Positions 38,939-52,314 of a stretch of DNA of 64,000 nucleotides are shown piece by piece. The notes beneath the pieces are model-generated. The model was given only the letters and a program-made list of their open reading frames with translations. It did not search any database and was not told the DNA's origin. Made by a program: the position numbers and the translations under genes. Source of the stretch: Bugula neritina (lineage: Eukaryota > Animalia > Bryozoa); the NCBI GenBank assembly GCA_964035545.1, contig OZ037773.1, positions 10,445,751 to 10,509,750 of the forward strand, in the 5' to 3' direction. Each line of letters opens with the position of its first letter. The first letter of the stretch is position 1.

Positions 38939-41900
38939 TACAGAATATACAGTACATCACTTGTATGTGGTAATACTGCAGACTATACAGTACATCACTT
39001 GTATATGGTAATACTACAGACTATACAGTACATCACTTGTATATGGTAATACTACAGACTATACAGTACATCACTTGTATATGGTAATACTACAGAATAT
39101 ACAGTACATCACTTGTATATGGTAATACTACAGAATATACAGTACATCACTTGTATATGGTAATACTACAGAATATACAGTACATCACTTGTATATGGTA
39201 ATACTACAGACTATACAGTACATCACTTGTATATGGTAATACTACAGAATATACAGTACATCACTTGTATATGGTAATACTACAGAATATACAGTACATC
39301 ACTTGTATATGGTAATACTACAGACTATACAGTACATCACTTGTATATGGTAATACTACATACTATACAGTACATCACTTGTAGGGGTAACGGGGGCACA
39401 ACGGGCCGAATTTTGCATTTGTTGCTCTCATTCGTCTGTTTTCCAAGTTACTAGTTCAATAATTTCTAGTCGTAATGCTGCATCTGTTGTCTATTACAGG
39501 TACCAGTTTGTTGTTTCTATCTCTCTCACAACTTTCAGAATAATGAAATTTTCATGACGAAAAAATTGGCCCATTGTGCCCCGGTACCGGGGTACAATGG
39601 GCCACTGGGTGGGACACAACAAATATATTGAAATTTTGCGTATTTTGTTACACCTGATCTTTATTTATTTAATATTACAAATAAATAAAGATACTCTTTC
39701 AGATCTACAGCAAAATTCATGTTTTAGCTGTACAGTTTGTGCCACTACGAATAGGAGAGGAAGGCAAAATCAAATGCGCGTCACTCGGTTCTGCAGTGCC
39801 ATTACCATTACTGTTTAAAACTAAAAATGTTTTGTTATTTTCACTTCAGAGCAACGTTTATTAAAAAAAACTTTACTAACATGTACTACAAAATTCTGAG
39901 TGAACTTTTTTCTATGAACTGTAGCTAAAGTGCATGCATGGCTTCCGTTTGTGACTGGAGTTCGGAAGGGAGAGGGGGGAGCAAATGAGCAAATCACAAT
40001 TTATTTTAGTCAAATACATATATATTCTCTTAATGGTGTAATATATAATGATTATCATGACTATGTACTAGTAGCAACAGCAGAGTGTTTTGTATTATGT
40101 ATAAAATGGCAAAGCTTTAACCTCACCAGATGTATGTATTATGGGAGCTTCACCTTGTAGTTTGGTAGTCTTACCATGAAGTCTTTGATATTTTACAAAA
40201 AGGTCAGAAATGGCTATATTTAAAGATTTTAGTAACAGTTCAACCAACTTTTTGGGCAAACAAACTAATAACAGTGATCAGGGTGCAATAATCAGGTGGC
40301 CCATTGTGCCCCATTCAGCGTGGCCCATTGTGCCCCGTGTGGCCAAATTGAAAATAAATGTGCCTCAAGGAAAATTTATTTCAGTGTCTGCTGTTATACT
40401 AGTTAAGCAATGTAGAAACAAGCAATGGCAACAATCTCAGTAAAATCTAGGCTTCTTGCCTTTGAGTGTAAAAAGTTATAAGGCTTTAACGACATCCTAA
40501 AAAAATTACAAAAAGTAGGTAAAAACAGTTTTTTACTCGCCTTTTCAACACGTATGTTCCGCAAGTGTTGAAACTACAAAGGCTGAATGATTATGTCAAT
40601 ATCTTTTTATGAAAAAAAATTCACAACTCTAAGTCAATAAGTTCTCTCACAATTTGGCTGGCTTTTTGTACCCCTATGACCGTTGTGCCCCCGTTACCCC
40701 TATATGGTAATACTACAGACTATACAGTACATCACTTCTATATGGGTAATACTACAGACTATACAGTACATCACTTGTATATGGTAATACTACAGACTAT
40801 ACAGTACATCACTTGTATATGGTAATACTACAGACTATACAGTACATCACTTCTATATGGGTAATACTACAGACTATACAGTACATCACTTGTATATGGT
40901 AATACTACAGACTATACAGTACATCACTTGTATATGGTAATACTACAGACTATACAGTACATCACTTGTATCTGGTAATACTACAGACTATACAGTACAT
41001 CACTTGTATATGGTAATACTACATACTATACAGTACATCACTTGTATATGGTAATACTACAGACTATACAGTACATCACTTCTATATGGGTAATACTACA
41101 GACTATACAGTACATCACTTGTATATGGTAATACTACAGACTATACAGTACATCACTTGTATATGGTAGTACTACAGACTATACAGTACATCACTTGTAT
41201 ATGGTAATACTACATACTATACAGTACATCACTTGTATCTGGTAATACTACAGACTATACAGTACATCACTTGTATATGGTAATACTACAGACTATACAG
41301 TACATCACTTGTATATGGTAATACTACAGACTATACAGTACATCACTTGTATATGGTAATACTACAGAATATACAGTACATCACTTGTATCTGGTAATAC
41401 TACAGACTATACAGTACATCACTTGTATATGGTAATACTACATACTATACAGTACATCACTTGTATATGGTAATACTACATACTATACAGTACATCACTT
41501 GTATATGGTAATACTACATACTATACAGTACATCACTTGTATCTGGTAATACTACAGACTATACATTACATCACTTGTATCTGGTAATACTACAGACTAT
41601 ACAGTACATCACTTGTATATGGTAATACTACAGACTATACAGTACATCACTTGTATATGGTAATACTACAGACTATACAGTACATCACTTGTATATGGTA
41701 ATACTACAGACTATACAGTATATCACTTGTATATGGTAATACTACAGACTATACAGTACATTACTTGTATATGGTAATACTACAGACTATACAGTACATC
41801 ACTTGTATATGGTAATACTACAGACTATACAGTACATCACTTGTATATGGTAATACTACAGACTATACAGTACATCACTTGTATATGGTAATACTACAGA

Positions 41901-42150
41901 CTATACAGTATATCACTTGTATATGGTAATACTACAGACTATACAGTACATCACTTGTATATGGTAATACTACAAACTATACAGTACATCACTTGTATAT
42001 GGTAATACTACAGACTATACAGTACATCACTTGTATATGGTAATACTACAGACTATACAGTACATCACTTGTATATGGTAATACTACAGACTATACAGTA
42101 CATCACTTGTATATGGTAATACTACAGACTATACAGTACATCACTTGTGT
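38939..42150. repeat. 38-bp minisatellite of unit B (about 50 units), interrupted by a MITE
   Basis: Same consensus as 4476-7085. Confidence 0.96.
39384..40700. mobile_element. Non-autonomous TIR DNA transposon (MITE), Tc1/mariner/pogo-type TA TSD
   Basis: 21-bp TIR GGGGTAACGGGGGCACAACGG (39384-39404 / 40680-40700). TA duplication confirmed against the satellite unit as empty site. Internal TGGCCCATTGTGCCCC repeats; no transposase ORF. Confidence 0.9.
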
Positions 42151-42923
42151 ATGTATAGAAACTATTTGTACAAACTGAGAGGAAGTTTCTAGAACTTCTA
42201 CCAAACACAAAGCATCACCTTAACTCAGTACCACCCATTGGAAAAACAGTCTGACAAACACAAATCACATTAAATGATAATTCTTCTCCATTATTGCATG
42301 TTTCATAATATAGTGTGAGTACTGAAGGGTTAGGTGCATAAATGAGATGTCAGACTCTCAGATACTTTACATAAATAAACATCATATAGCTTATAATCTT
42401 ATTCAGTACCTTTCTGGTGGCACAATAAAATAACTGCTGAATCATACCTATTTAGAAGTTTGAGCTGTCAACTTTTATCTGCTCTCCGTGAAGTGTCACT
42501 GCAGTAGTAGATACATGAGTAGTTATATTCTTGTTAAACCAATCAAATGACATGCTCTTCATATTCCTCCGCACTAGTATTGTTACCTTAACAAATCACA
42601 TTTCACTCAAGGAATATTGTCAAGCATAGAATCGTTTATTGACTATGATGAAAATAAACAGAGTAACAAAACAGTTTTGTAGAGCCACTATATGATAAGA
42701 TATCCTTAGTTTTATCTTGTCATATGTTTGCGGCATAAACAGTAAAAATAGCAGATATGAACTGCCACGTCTATGTTTTTGTCACTTCATTGTTCGAAGT
42801 TAATCAAATGCATAATACGTTGTTTTATGGGTTGTTTTATTCATTCTATGATACTCCTATATGTGTCTCCACTGCTGGCCATTATTTGTTTAGTATAATA
42901 ATCTCTATTTATGCAGCCTTGAA

Positions 42924-43533
42924 GCTATATATACTGTATATACAAGACAGTACATTGTATATCTGTATATAACTATATATACTGTATACAAGACAGTACA
43001 TTGTATATCTGTATATAACTATATATACTGTATACAAGACAGTACATTGTATATCTGTATAACTATATATACTGTATATACAAGACAGTACACTGTATAT
43101 CTGTATAACTATATATACTGTATACAATACAGTACATTGTATATCTGTATAACTATATATACTGTATACAAGACAGTACATTGTATATCTGTATAACTAT
43201 ATATATATATATTGCATACAAGACAGTACATTGTATATCTGTATAACTATATATACTGTATACAATACAGTACATTGTATATCTGTATAACTATATACAC
43301 TGTATACAAGACAGTACACTGTATATATGTATGTCTATATATACTGTATATACAATACAGTACATTGTATATCTGTATAACTATATATACTGTATACAAA
43401 ACAGTACACTGTATATCTGTATAACTATATATACTGTATACAAGACAATACATTGTATATCTGTATAACTATATATACTGTATACAAGACAGTACACTGT
43501 ATATCTGTATAACTATATATACTGTATACAAGA
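42924..43533. repeat. 44-bp minisatellite of unit B (about 13 units)
   Basis: Same consensus as 16464-19650. Confidence 0.93.
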
Positions 43534-44170
43534 CGGTTGTATTATTAGTAGAACTGCTGTCAACTGCATAATGTATGAATTGAGTGACAAGTATCGACAT
43601 AGTAATCAATAAATGCTGCAGAGAGAAGTTTATCTGAATATAAGGGGAGTCCCCCTGCATACTATTGTCTAACCTGATCAGGTATTTACTCTCATAGTAA
43701 TCTATACAGATGAGCAGTTCAAATAATATATAACAATAGAACCTTTCTATTACTGATGTCAGCATGCACATATCACATTAACTTGTGATATTATCACTTT
43801 TAGACTATGACTATATGCTATTTTTATAACTAACGCTATTACCCTACCCTATAACTATTGATTATCCAGTGTATCCTTTTACAGAGTTTAGCCTTTACTT
43901 GTTGTTTGAGTAAATAAAGGGGGCACCTTACCTGAAAGTAAGGGGGGTCCCCTGTATACATCATCATATGACTTATATACTCTCAGTCTATCAGTATAAG
44001 TATACATTTTCTTATCAATATGAGTTCTACTTATAGTCACTGGAGAGTTTTATTTTATATCTGCATTACATTGAATATATTTCTGTAGTTGATTATATTA
44101 CATATTTCTGCGGTTGCAGAGTGCATATATGCTCATACACTACTAACATGTTATATCTGACATATCTTAT

Positions 44171-45430
44171 TGTAATATTGCAAAGATTTGCAGTTCAATC
44201 AGAAGCAACACAACTCCTATGCTACGCATTGCTACACTAGCTTAGTCATTAGAGTTGATCCTGACGAGACGCGAAGTTACCTTCCAACCTAATCACAATG
44301 ATATCATATGGATTGGTTAATGATCATCTGATCATCCTTGCATTAGAACAGCTGCGCACTTATAGAAAGACTATGATGCGCCAGCCCCACGCCGTCTTAG
44401 AGTAGATCTGGCTTAACTAAGTAGTTTGTGTTCATGCTAACAATTATGTAGTTTACTATTTCTTGTAACGTTTTCACCTACAATTATATAATTTGTGTAC
44501 AGTTAATCTTCTCTCTATACTCGACATTCTGAATTGTTAATCTGAAAGCATCTTATCTTAAATATCCACACATATTGTGAACCTTATAAATTCACAACAG
44601 TGATGACAGTAGTGAAATGAATTTAAGACTGATGCTCCTGACCAAGGAGTAGAAGAGTATGGCAAGTGAAGACTATAGAGGCGCCTTTCATCCAAAGCTG
44701 ATTGAAGACAAACCGGCAGCTGTGGAGGATATCATAGGCGACACATGGACAGGTATTATTTGCGGGTTCCCACCTTCTGCGAAGAGAAAGATGTGGAGCA
44801 ATTTATTGCTGCGTTCAGCGATGTGGCAGCCATCTGTAGATGTCACTCTGATATAGTTGCGGCTATCTCTGAGAGGAACAGCCAAACCTTACGGTATCAG
44901 CCCGGTATCTTCGAGGCATTGAGAGACTGGTTTGGGCGCACTGCTCAAGATGTGTGTGTAAAGTTACAAGGCGTGATCCTAAAGCACTCTTGAGAGAACA
45001 CGCAACTGTAGTTGAACGGCTGGTGCAAGTCGCTTATGGCGATTTGCCGGTAGAAGGCCGGACGAGTTCAGTGCTAGAGGCGTTTCTCCAGCCGGTCAAC
45101 AGCATCTGCTTGAAAAGGTATTTGCTGGTAGCCAAACTTGACACAATGGAGAGGGCCCTTCAATTTGGAAATGCCTATTTCTAAGCCGATAGCACATGTC
45201 GGCCTGGGGTGAACGCGCAGCAAGTGGAGGCTGGCAACAAGTTGAGTACAAGTTTGGTCAAGGAGCTCCTGATCAAAATTAGGTATCTGCGACAACAGCC
45301 AGTCGCCGACAGCCTTTTCAGCTGTTGGCAGACATCCCGTAGTTGTTGGGGGTGTGGTAGTGGAGAACATTTCCTTAGAAGCTGTCCCTACAGTGAGAGG
45401 AAACGGTTAAACCTCGACGGCCCATAGGCC
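44171..45430 (+). mobile_element. Degenerate 5' fragment of a related Gypsy element (probable LTR ~44171-44599, decayed PBS, frameshifted gag)
   Basis: MDRYYLRVPTF..EKDVEQFI..FSDVAAICR, LREHATVVERL.QVAYGDLP and CWGCGSGEHFLRSCP align with the gag at 34862-35737. TGATGACAGTAGTG (44601-44614) resembles the Leu PBS. The LTR left boundary is uncertain. Confidence 0.85.
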
Positions 45431-45675
45431 TCAGTTCATATATATTTGACTATACTAAATGCTGCAGAGAGAGGAATTTATATGAATAATATACAAGGGG
45501 AGTCCCCTTGGCATACTATTGTCTAACCTGACCAGGTATTTACTCTCATAATAATCTATACAATTTGCAGTCAGCAGTTCAAATAATGTATAACAATAGA
45601 ACCTTTCTATTGCTGATGTCAGCATGCACATATCACATTAACTTTTGATATTATCACATTTACACTATGGCTATA

Positions 45676-48600
45676 TAGTCTAGAAGTAACCTCCCAAAAA
45701 GTGCTCAAAAAATTGGCTTATTACACTTTACTAGGTGGCCACTCAAAAAAAGTTGTTTTTAGATCAAAATTTTGTGCTGATTCTGAATCTACAAACTCTA
45801 GAATTCTATCTCTACCCAAACTCAAGATATTGCAAAAAACAAATCGGCATTTGTGAATTGTGCAAAATAGTATCCAATTTTATCAAGCTATCTTGAAGAA
45901 AAAATATTTGTTAAAATACCAAAAATAATTGCCTCTTACTTAGAATTCTATGCTGATACTGAATTTAAAGACTGCAAGAGGCTATCTCAAATTATAACCA
46001 AGTTGTTTATATAAACATATATAGTCTAGAAGTAACCTCCCAAAAAGTGCTCAAAAAATTGGCTTATTACACTTTACTAAATGGCCACTCAAAAAAAGTT
46101 GTTTTTAGATCAGAATTTTGTGCTGATTCTGAATCTACAAACTTTAAAATTCTATCTCTACCCAAACTCAAGTTATTGCAAAAAACAAATCGACATTTTA
46201 GATGGGTGATAAAAAGAAATGTGGATTGTGCAAAATAGTATCCAATTTTATCAAGCTATCTTGAAGAAAAAATATTTGCTGAAATACCAAAAATAATTGC
46301 CTCTTACTTAGAATTCTATGCTGATATTGAATTTATAAAGACTGCAAGACACTATCTCAAATTAAAACCAAGTTGTTTATATAAACATATGTGTTTGTTA
46401 TGAATCGACATATATTGCATGAGGCATAAGCATGCAGAATAATCATGTATGACCAAGCTATTTATACAAAAATAAAAACAAAGTCATGCTGATGTGTGAA
46501 AAAACTATATTATTTATAAAATTATAGTACAAAATAAATGTTGAAATGAATAAGTATTGAAATCTTTTGAGCTCAGCCCAAGTGAACCATTTGCTATAGT
46601 CTGTGGGTAGCCGTTGAACGTCTGCAAAAATCAACAAGATTTTGTAAAATTATTTAGAGGAACAGAAGCATGACAGATTATCAAAATCAAATTGGTTGCA
46701 GCAAAATATATAACAAATGTCTAAAAATAGTGCTTTATTATGAAAAAGTATTCTCGTCACCATTGTCACTGCCATCAGTCTCATCAGTTTTATCCCCAAT
46801 ATAGAGCTTCTTCTCAGACAATCCTTACATTGACAAACATCAGTGTATGCACTGCATTTGAGACTTCTGACATCCACATCTTGATATGTTGCAGCTGGTC
46901 TTACAGGAGCAGTTTAAACTTTGCAATATACATGTTCAGGTACGGAAGCTTGAATCTTTTTATAATATTCTGGGGGTAATGCATCAATATAGGCTGTTGT
47001 CACTCTTCTCCAAATGGCTGCCTGATAATTTGCTCTTTTTACATGCAAATTTAATTCATCATTTGTTGGAGGCAAACTCTATTAAGTTATTTTAGACGGT
47101 GAACGAAATACAGAGTATCAGACATTATCTATATATGGATTTCCTGCTCCATAAAGCTTATAGACAAATTGTTCTACTTCAGCCGCTGTGATTGCTTACA
47201 GCTTAAAATACTTCCCAAGGTGTTCAAAGTTTCCCATACATTATGGATATTTTCTCAAAAAAGAGTAGGCTGTGCGCTATCATTTTCCATAAAAAGCACT
47301 ATAGTCGAATAAAAACCTGTTAAAGCATGAAATCTACCAAGTGCTGCACACAACTGTGGTCTGGATTTATTTGCTGCAATGTTGACATCCAAATATCTAT
47401 AATATGATTATGGTTTCCTCCCAGATAGACACTATTTTTATTTTGTTACCATATATATTAATATTACCTATATAACTGATGAATTGATTGCTAATATGCT
47501 AATAGCTATATGTAGCTAATACATATACTAATACTAATACTAATACTAATATAGTAATACATTAATAATAGACACTATCTTTAATGGATACTTAATAGCA
47601 AAATATATTTTCAAACATCAGACAAGATGTATAAAATAATATACAAAATTAAAAGTTAATGCAAATCAAAAAAATTTATTTATGTGCTAAATAACAAGCA
47701 ATTGATCCAAGTTTATTTAAATATACATATATTTCAATAATATTAAAATAAGTTGCACATGAAAATACATTTTACCAAAATAAATAACTAGCGTCTAAAT
47801 AGGAACTTTAGTCTAGCCTCTATCTGGCATGACACCATGATTACCACACCAGTGAAAAAAAAATTGGTAAGAAAGTAATGTTTTGCAAATAGCGAGACTT
47901 AGGATGAAAGATTGAGATTTGATTATTACACGTGAGATTATGATGTTCATAAGATATTTTGCATGTAACAAAGTTTGTGTATCTGCTTCCTCATGATCTA
48001 ATTGTAAGCATTTGAGTTCTGCTTTCTTAGGAATTCCACCATGTTTGGTAAAATTGTAGCGAACGCAATTTTTTTTGGTATGCATCAACTATAATAACCA
48101 TATTGTTCTCTAAAATATTTTTACTCCATGTTTCACGAAAAAATGCACCAGTCTCAAACTCAGCTTATTTTATTTGCTGATAAGAAATTATTATTTTTGT
48201 AACAAATGGCACACATGAAAAAAGTACATGCCTATGATTTTTGAATGAGGCAGCCCAAGATCATTTTTCTAATGGGTGGTCTAAACTTAACCATATATAT
48301 TAAACATTATAGGAAAGCTTTAGGGTATTTCTTCTGAGATAAATTGGCTCTATAGTCATTATATCAAGATAGTATAAAAATATGCATTTTAACCAATAGC
48401 ATTGTTTTAAAAACCAGATTGCTTATGTATATATAGTTCAGCCTAAATTTATTAGCAAAGCTCAATTGTACACATTTAAAATATTATCTTCCGGAGTCCA
48501 GATCAACTAGCTCATGCTTCTCATTACTTTTTTGTAAAAGTAGTTATTATATAATAAAAACGGTGAAGAAAATCATTATCAGACACAGCTTTACTTATAA

Positions 48601-49213
48601 TTCGCCTTTTTTATAGCCGTTCAATAATAATGTTTGCCTTATAACTAATAAACCCATTCCTTTGTTTGTTTTCGTCCAAATAATCCACTTTTTTCAGATT
48701 TTTTCACAAGAAAATCACTAGAAATAAACTCAGAGAAGTGAAAAACACATCTATGATTATCTGCAAGAGTTTTTGCTTGTATATATAATAAACTAGCTTC
48801 AATAATTTCAAGGTAATATTTAATAGATTTGGACAAAGTTGTGGGGAAACAACTCCTGTAACATTTAAAAGAGTTTTTGTGATTAACCGGGTGAACAGAA
48901 AAATTTAGAGTTGTTATAAAAGAAAAGTGAAAAAAGTATCTATAATTATTAGCAAATTTATTTTGCTTATATAAAATAAATTAGCTTAAATAATTCTAAA
49001 ATATTTAGCCGATTCACAAAAACGTTGAGAGAAAACAACTCCTGATTAATTTTAAAAGTTTGAAGCGTTTTTGTGGCTAACTGGGTGCACAGAACAGTCT
49101 AGAGTTTTCACAGATTAATTAGGACCCTTCAAACTTTCTATTTCTAAAAAAATTGCGTGGCCACCCCTCGAAGTGTAATGAGTGAAAGATAATTGGAGGT
49201 TACTTCTAGACTA
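45676..49213 (-). mobile_element. Decayed Academ-type (XPG/PIN-containing) DNA transposon with duplicated left end
   Basis: 19-bp TIR TAGTCTAGAAGTAACCTCC (45676-45694, second copy at 46022; right end 49195-49213). 3-bp ATA TSD supported by the paralogous empty site at ~43810. Minus-strand remnants HEEADTQTLLHA (47813-48088), RFHALTG (~47320) and CSAYTDVCQCKDC (46650-46877). Confidence 0.75.
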
Positions 49214-49491
49214 ATATGCTATTTTTATAACTAATGCTATTACCCTACCCTATCCTATAACTATTGATTATCCAGTGTATCCTTTTACAGAGTTTAGCCT
49301 TTACTGGTTGTTTAAGTAAATAAAAAGGGCACCTTACCTGAAAGTAAGGGGGGTTCCCTGTATATATATCATCATGTGACTTATACATACACTCAGTCTA
49401 TCAGTATAAGTATACATTTTCTTATCAATATGAGTTCTACTTAGTCACTAGCTGGAGAGTTTTATTTTATATCTGCATAACATTGAATATA

Positions 49492-50006
49492 TTTCTGCAG
49501 TGAATTACACTACATATTTCTGCAGTGAATTACATTGCATATTTCTGCAGTGAATTACACTACATATTTCTGCAGTGAATTACACTACATATTTCTGCAG
49601 TGAAATACACTACATATATTTCTGCAGTTAATTACACTACATATTTCTGCAGTTAATTACAGTAAATATTTCTGCAGCTAATTACACTACATACTTCTGC
49701 AGTAAATTACACTACATATTTCTGCAGTTATTTACACTACATATTTCTGCAGTGAATTACACTACATATTTCTGCAGTGAATTACACTACATACTTCTGC
49801 AGTGAAATACACTACATATATTTCTGCAGCTAATTACACTACATACTTCTGCAGTAAATTACACTACATATTTCTGCAGTTAATTACACTACATATTTCT
49901 GCAGTGAATTACACTACATACTTCTGCAGTTAATTACACTACATACTTCTGCAGTTAATTACAATACATATTTCTGCAGTGAATTACACTACATATTTCT
50001 GCAGTG
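49492..50006. repeat. 25-bp minisatellite (unit B copy)
   Basis: Same consensus as 20211-20632. Confidence 0.9.
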
Positions 50007-50291
50007 TCATAGCTGAATAGCTAAAGAATGTTACATATTACCATAGAAAGTTGCTGAGGTACAATATCAACCTATGTATAGTTTATGGCAGCAAGTTCTG
50101 TTAAAAGATGACTTTAGCTACTGGTGAGTAGGAATTGCAATATTTCTACCTGATTCTGAAATATTGCCAACACTTACCAACAAAACCTTTGGCTAAACTG
50201 TCATTACTATATACAGCAGTTTAGAATAGAATATATACATTCTCAATAGGTTGATATACGCTATTACAAATCATATAATACAATGATTTAC

Positions 50292-50682
50292 TTTGTATCC
50301 TATGTGTAAGTGTAGATATGTATATACATTGTATTTTATGAGTAAGTGTATATATGTATATACTTTGTATCCTGTGAGTAAGTGTAGATATGTATACACT
50401 CTGTATTTTATGTGTAAGTGTATATATGTATATACTTTGTATCCTGTGGGTAAGTGTAGATATGTATATACTCTGTATTTTATGTGTAAGTGTATATATG
50501 TATATACTTTGTATCCTGTGATTAAGTGTAGATATGTATATACTCTGTATTTTATGTGTAAGTGTATATGTATATACTTTGTATCCTGTGAGCAAGTGTA
50601 GATATGTATATACTCTGTATTTTATGTGTAAGTGTATATATGTATATACTTTGTATCCTGTGAGTAAGTGTAGATATGTATA
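50292..50682. repeat. 36-bp minisatellite with alternating variants (72-bp higher-order dimer); shorter copy at ~20965-21110
   Basis: AGTAAGTGTA(G/T)ATATGTATATACT(C/T)TGTAT(TTTATG/CCTGTG), with the variants alternating. Confidence 0.88.
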
Positions 50683-50829
50683 TCAAGAGTTGTCTCACCT
50701 ACCACATCAATTGATAACTTTGCTAATAGTTTTAGTTACACACACAACTCCACATCACAGTTTTCCATCTCCACACTAGATAGCATAGTAAGTTAGGGCT
50801 TATCTCCCCTGTATAACTTTCTATTGCAG

Positions 50830-50974
50830 GTATGACAAGGCCTGCTCTATTGCTAAACATGCTCATAGAAATAAACTTACACTGAAAGAAGCAGCCTTAG
50901 AACTTGGTCTATTAACTGAGAGTGAGTTTGATGAGTAGGTACGCCTCGAACTCATGATATCTCCTAAGCCATGA
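50830..50974 (+). pseudogene. FH: Isolated last exon of fumarase (second copy) with nonsense codon
   Basis: Near-identical to 27476-27620; TGG>TAG at 50937-50939. Upstream exons are absent. Confidence 0.9.
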
Positions 50975-52022
50975 GATCTCATACTAAATTTACCCTATTT
51001 CTTCCACAGTATTGTTGCATTAGTATGCTATATACTAGTTTATTATTCTGTATATAGAGAGTAGACAACTCTAGGTATAGGTCTCAGTATTATTGTTTAC
51101 AGAATATAGCAAATATGTTTATCTGTTTCCTTGGTGCTGCATTTTAATTACTATTAGTATAGTCTGTGTTCCTGTGTTTTACTAGTATAGTCTGTGTTCC
51201 TGTGTTTTACTAGTGTAGTCTGTGTTTCTGTGTTTTACTACTAGTATAGTCTGTGTTCCTGTGTTTTACTACTAGTATAGTCTGTGTTCCTGTGTTTTAC
51301 TATTAGTATAGTCTGTGTTCCTATGTTTTATAGTCTACGTTCTCAAACAAAGCATTTTATTTATTATCTAGCCAAATATTTTACTATTGTGTCAAATAAA
51401 CGGTGAGAGACATCTTCTCTGCTGTTATATTAATAGATGTGACTGCATAACACAGCCTCCATAACCAACTAAAGTATACAAGTCATAACCTTCCCATCAC
51501 CCAGTTTATTTTCTAATAATTTTGTGAAGAAAAAGCATAAGTATAAAAACAGTGTAGTATATATAATAGCAAATATTATTATCATTTCTTTCCTTTTTCT
51601 GATGGGCATTTACAAACAAAACTGTTAGCAGTAAAATGTCTTTGATTTTAACAGTTACATTTTATCTATAGTTCTATATATTATATTATGTATTTATGGA
51701 TAATATTCTGTATTCACTAACACTGATTATAATGTATTATGGATTGTTAATAAATCATATATAATCGTATGTCAGACTGTAAACACTCAGCAATACTAAT
51801 AGTTGAAACAGTTTTATATATTGTGTCATCAGCCAGCTATATGTGCCAAGATCATAAACTGTCCTTGATGATGTCATACAGGAACAGTGGTTAGGCTTTA
51901 CTTTCTCTCATATAAGTCCGGTCAATCTATGAAATATAATGAAGATATTGCATTGTGGGTAAAATATATTACACTCTTTTACAATATTATAATAGAGTGT
52001 CTTTCTATTTTAATTATATAAA

Positions 52023-52140
52023 GCAGCCGTGGTCTAGGGGTTAGAGTGCTGTTTTAGTGAACCTGAAGTTATGGGTTCGAACTCAACAAAGACCATTGGT
52101 GATGTTAGTATGAGCATCTGGTTATAATTGCTTACGTCTC
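52023..52140 (+). mobile_element. tRNA-derived SINE relic
   Basis: A-box-like TGGTCTAGGGG and B-box GGTTCGAACTC, followed by a non-tRNA body. Its tail (GGTTATAATTGCT) is also seen at positions 1-13 in unit A. Confidence 0.6.
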
Positions 52141-52314
52141 ACATTAGAAGAAAATTTAGTTTCCTTCAAAAAGAAACTTTTTTCAGGGGGTTCATACAGG
52201 GATATTTACTATAAGTTTGCGTGACTTTTTTATATAGCTCTATATTATTATATAGAGCTATATTATTATATAGAGCTATATATTATTATATAGAGCTATA
52301 TTAGATGTTGATTT

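Noticed and set aside
52023-52095. Possible tRNA gene
   Set aside because: A and B boxes are present, but acceptor and anticodon stems do not pair convincingly and it continues into a SINE-like body.
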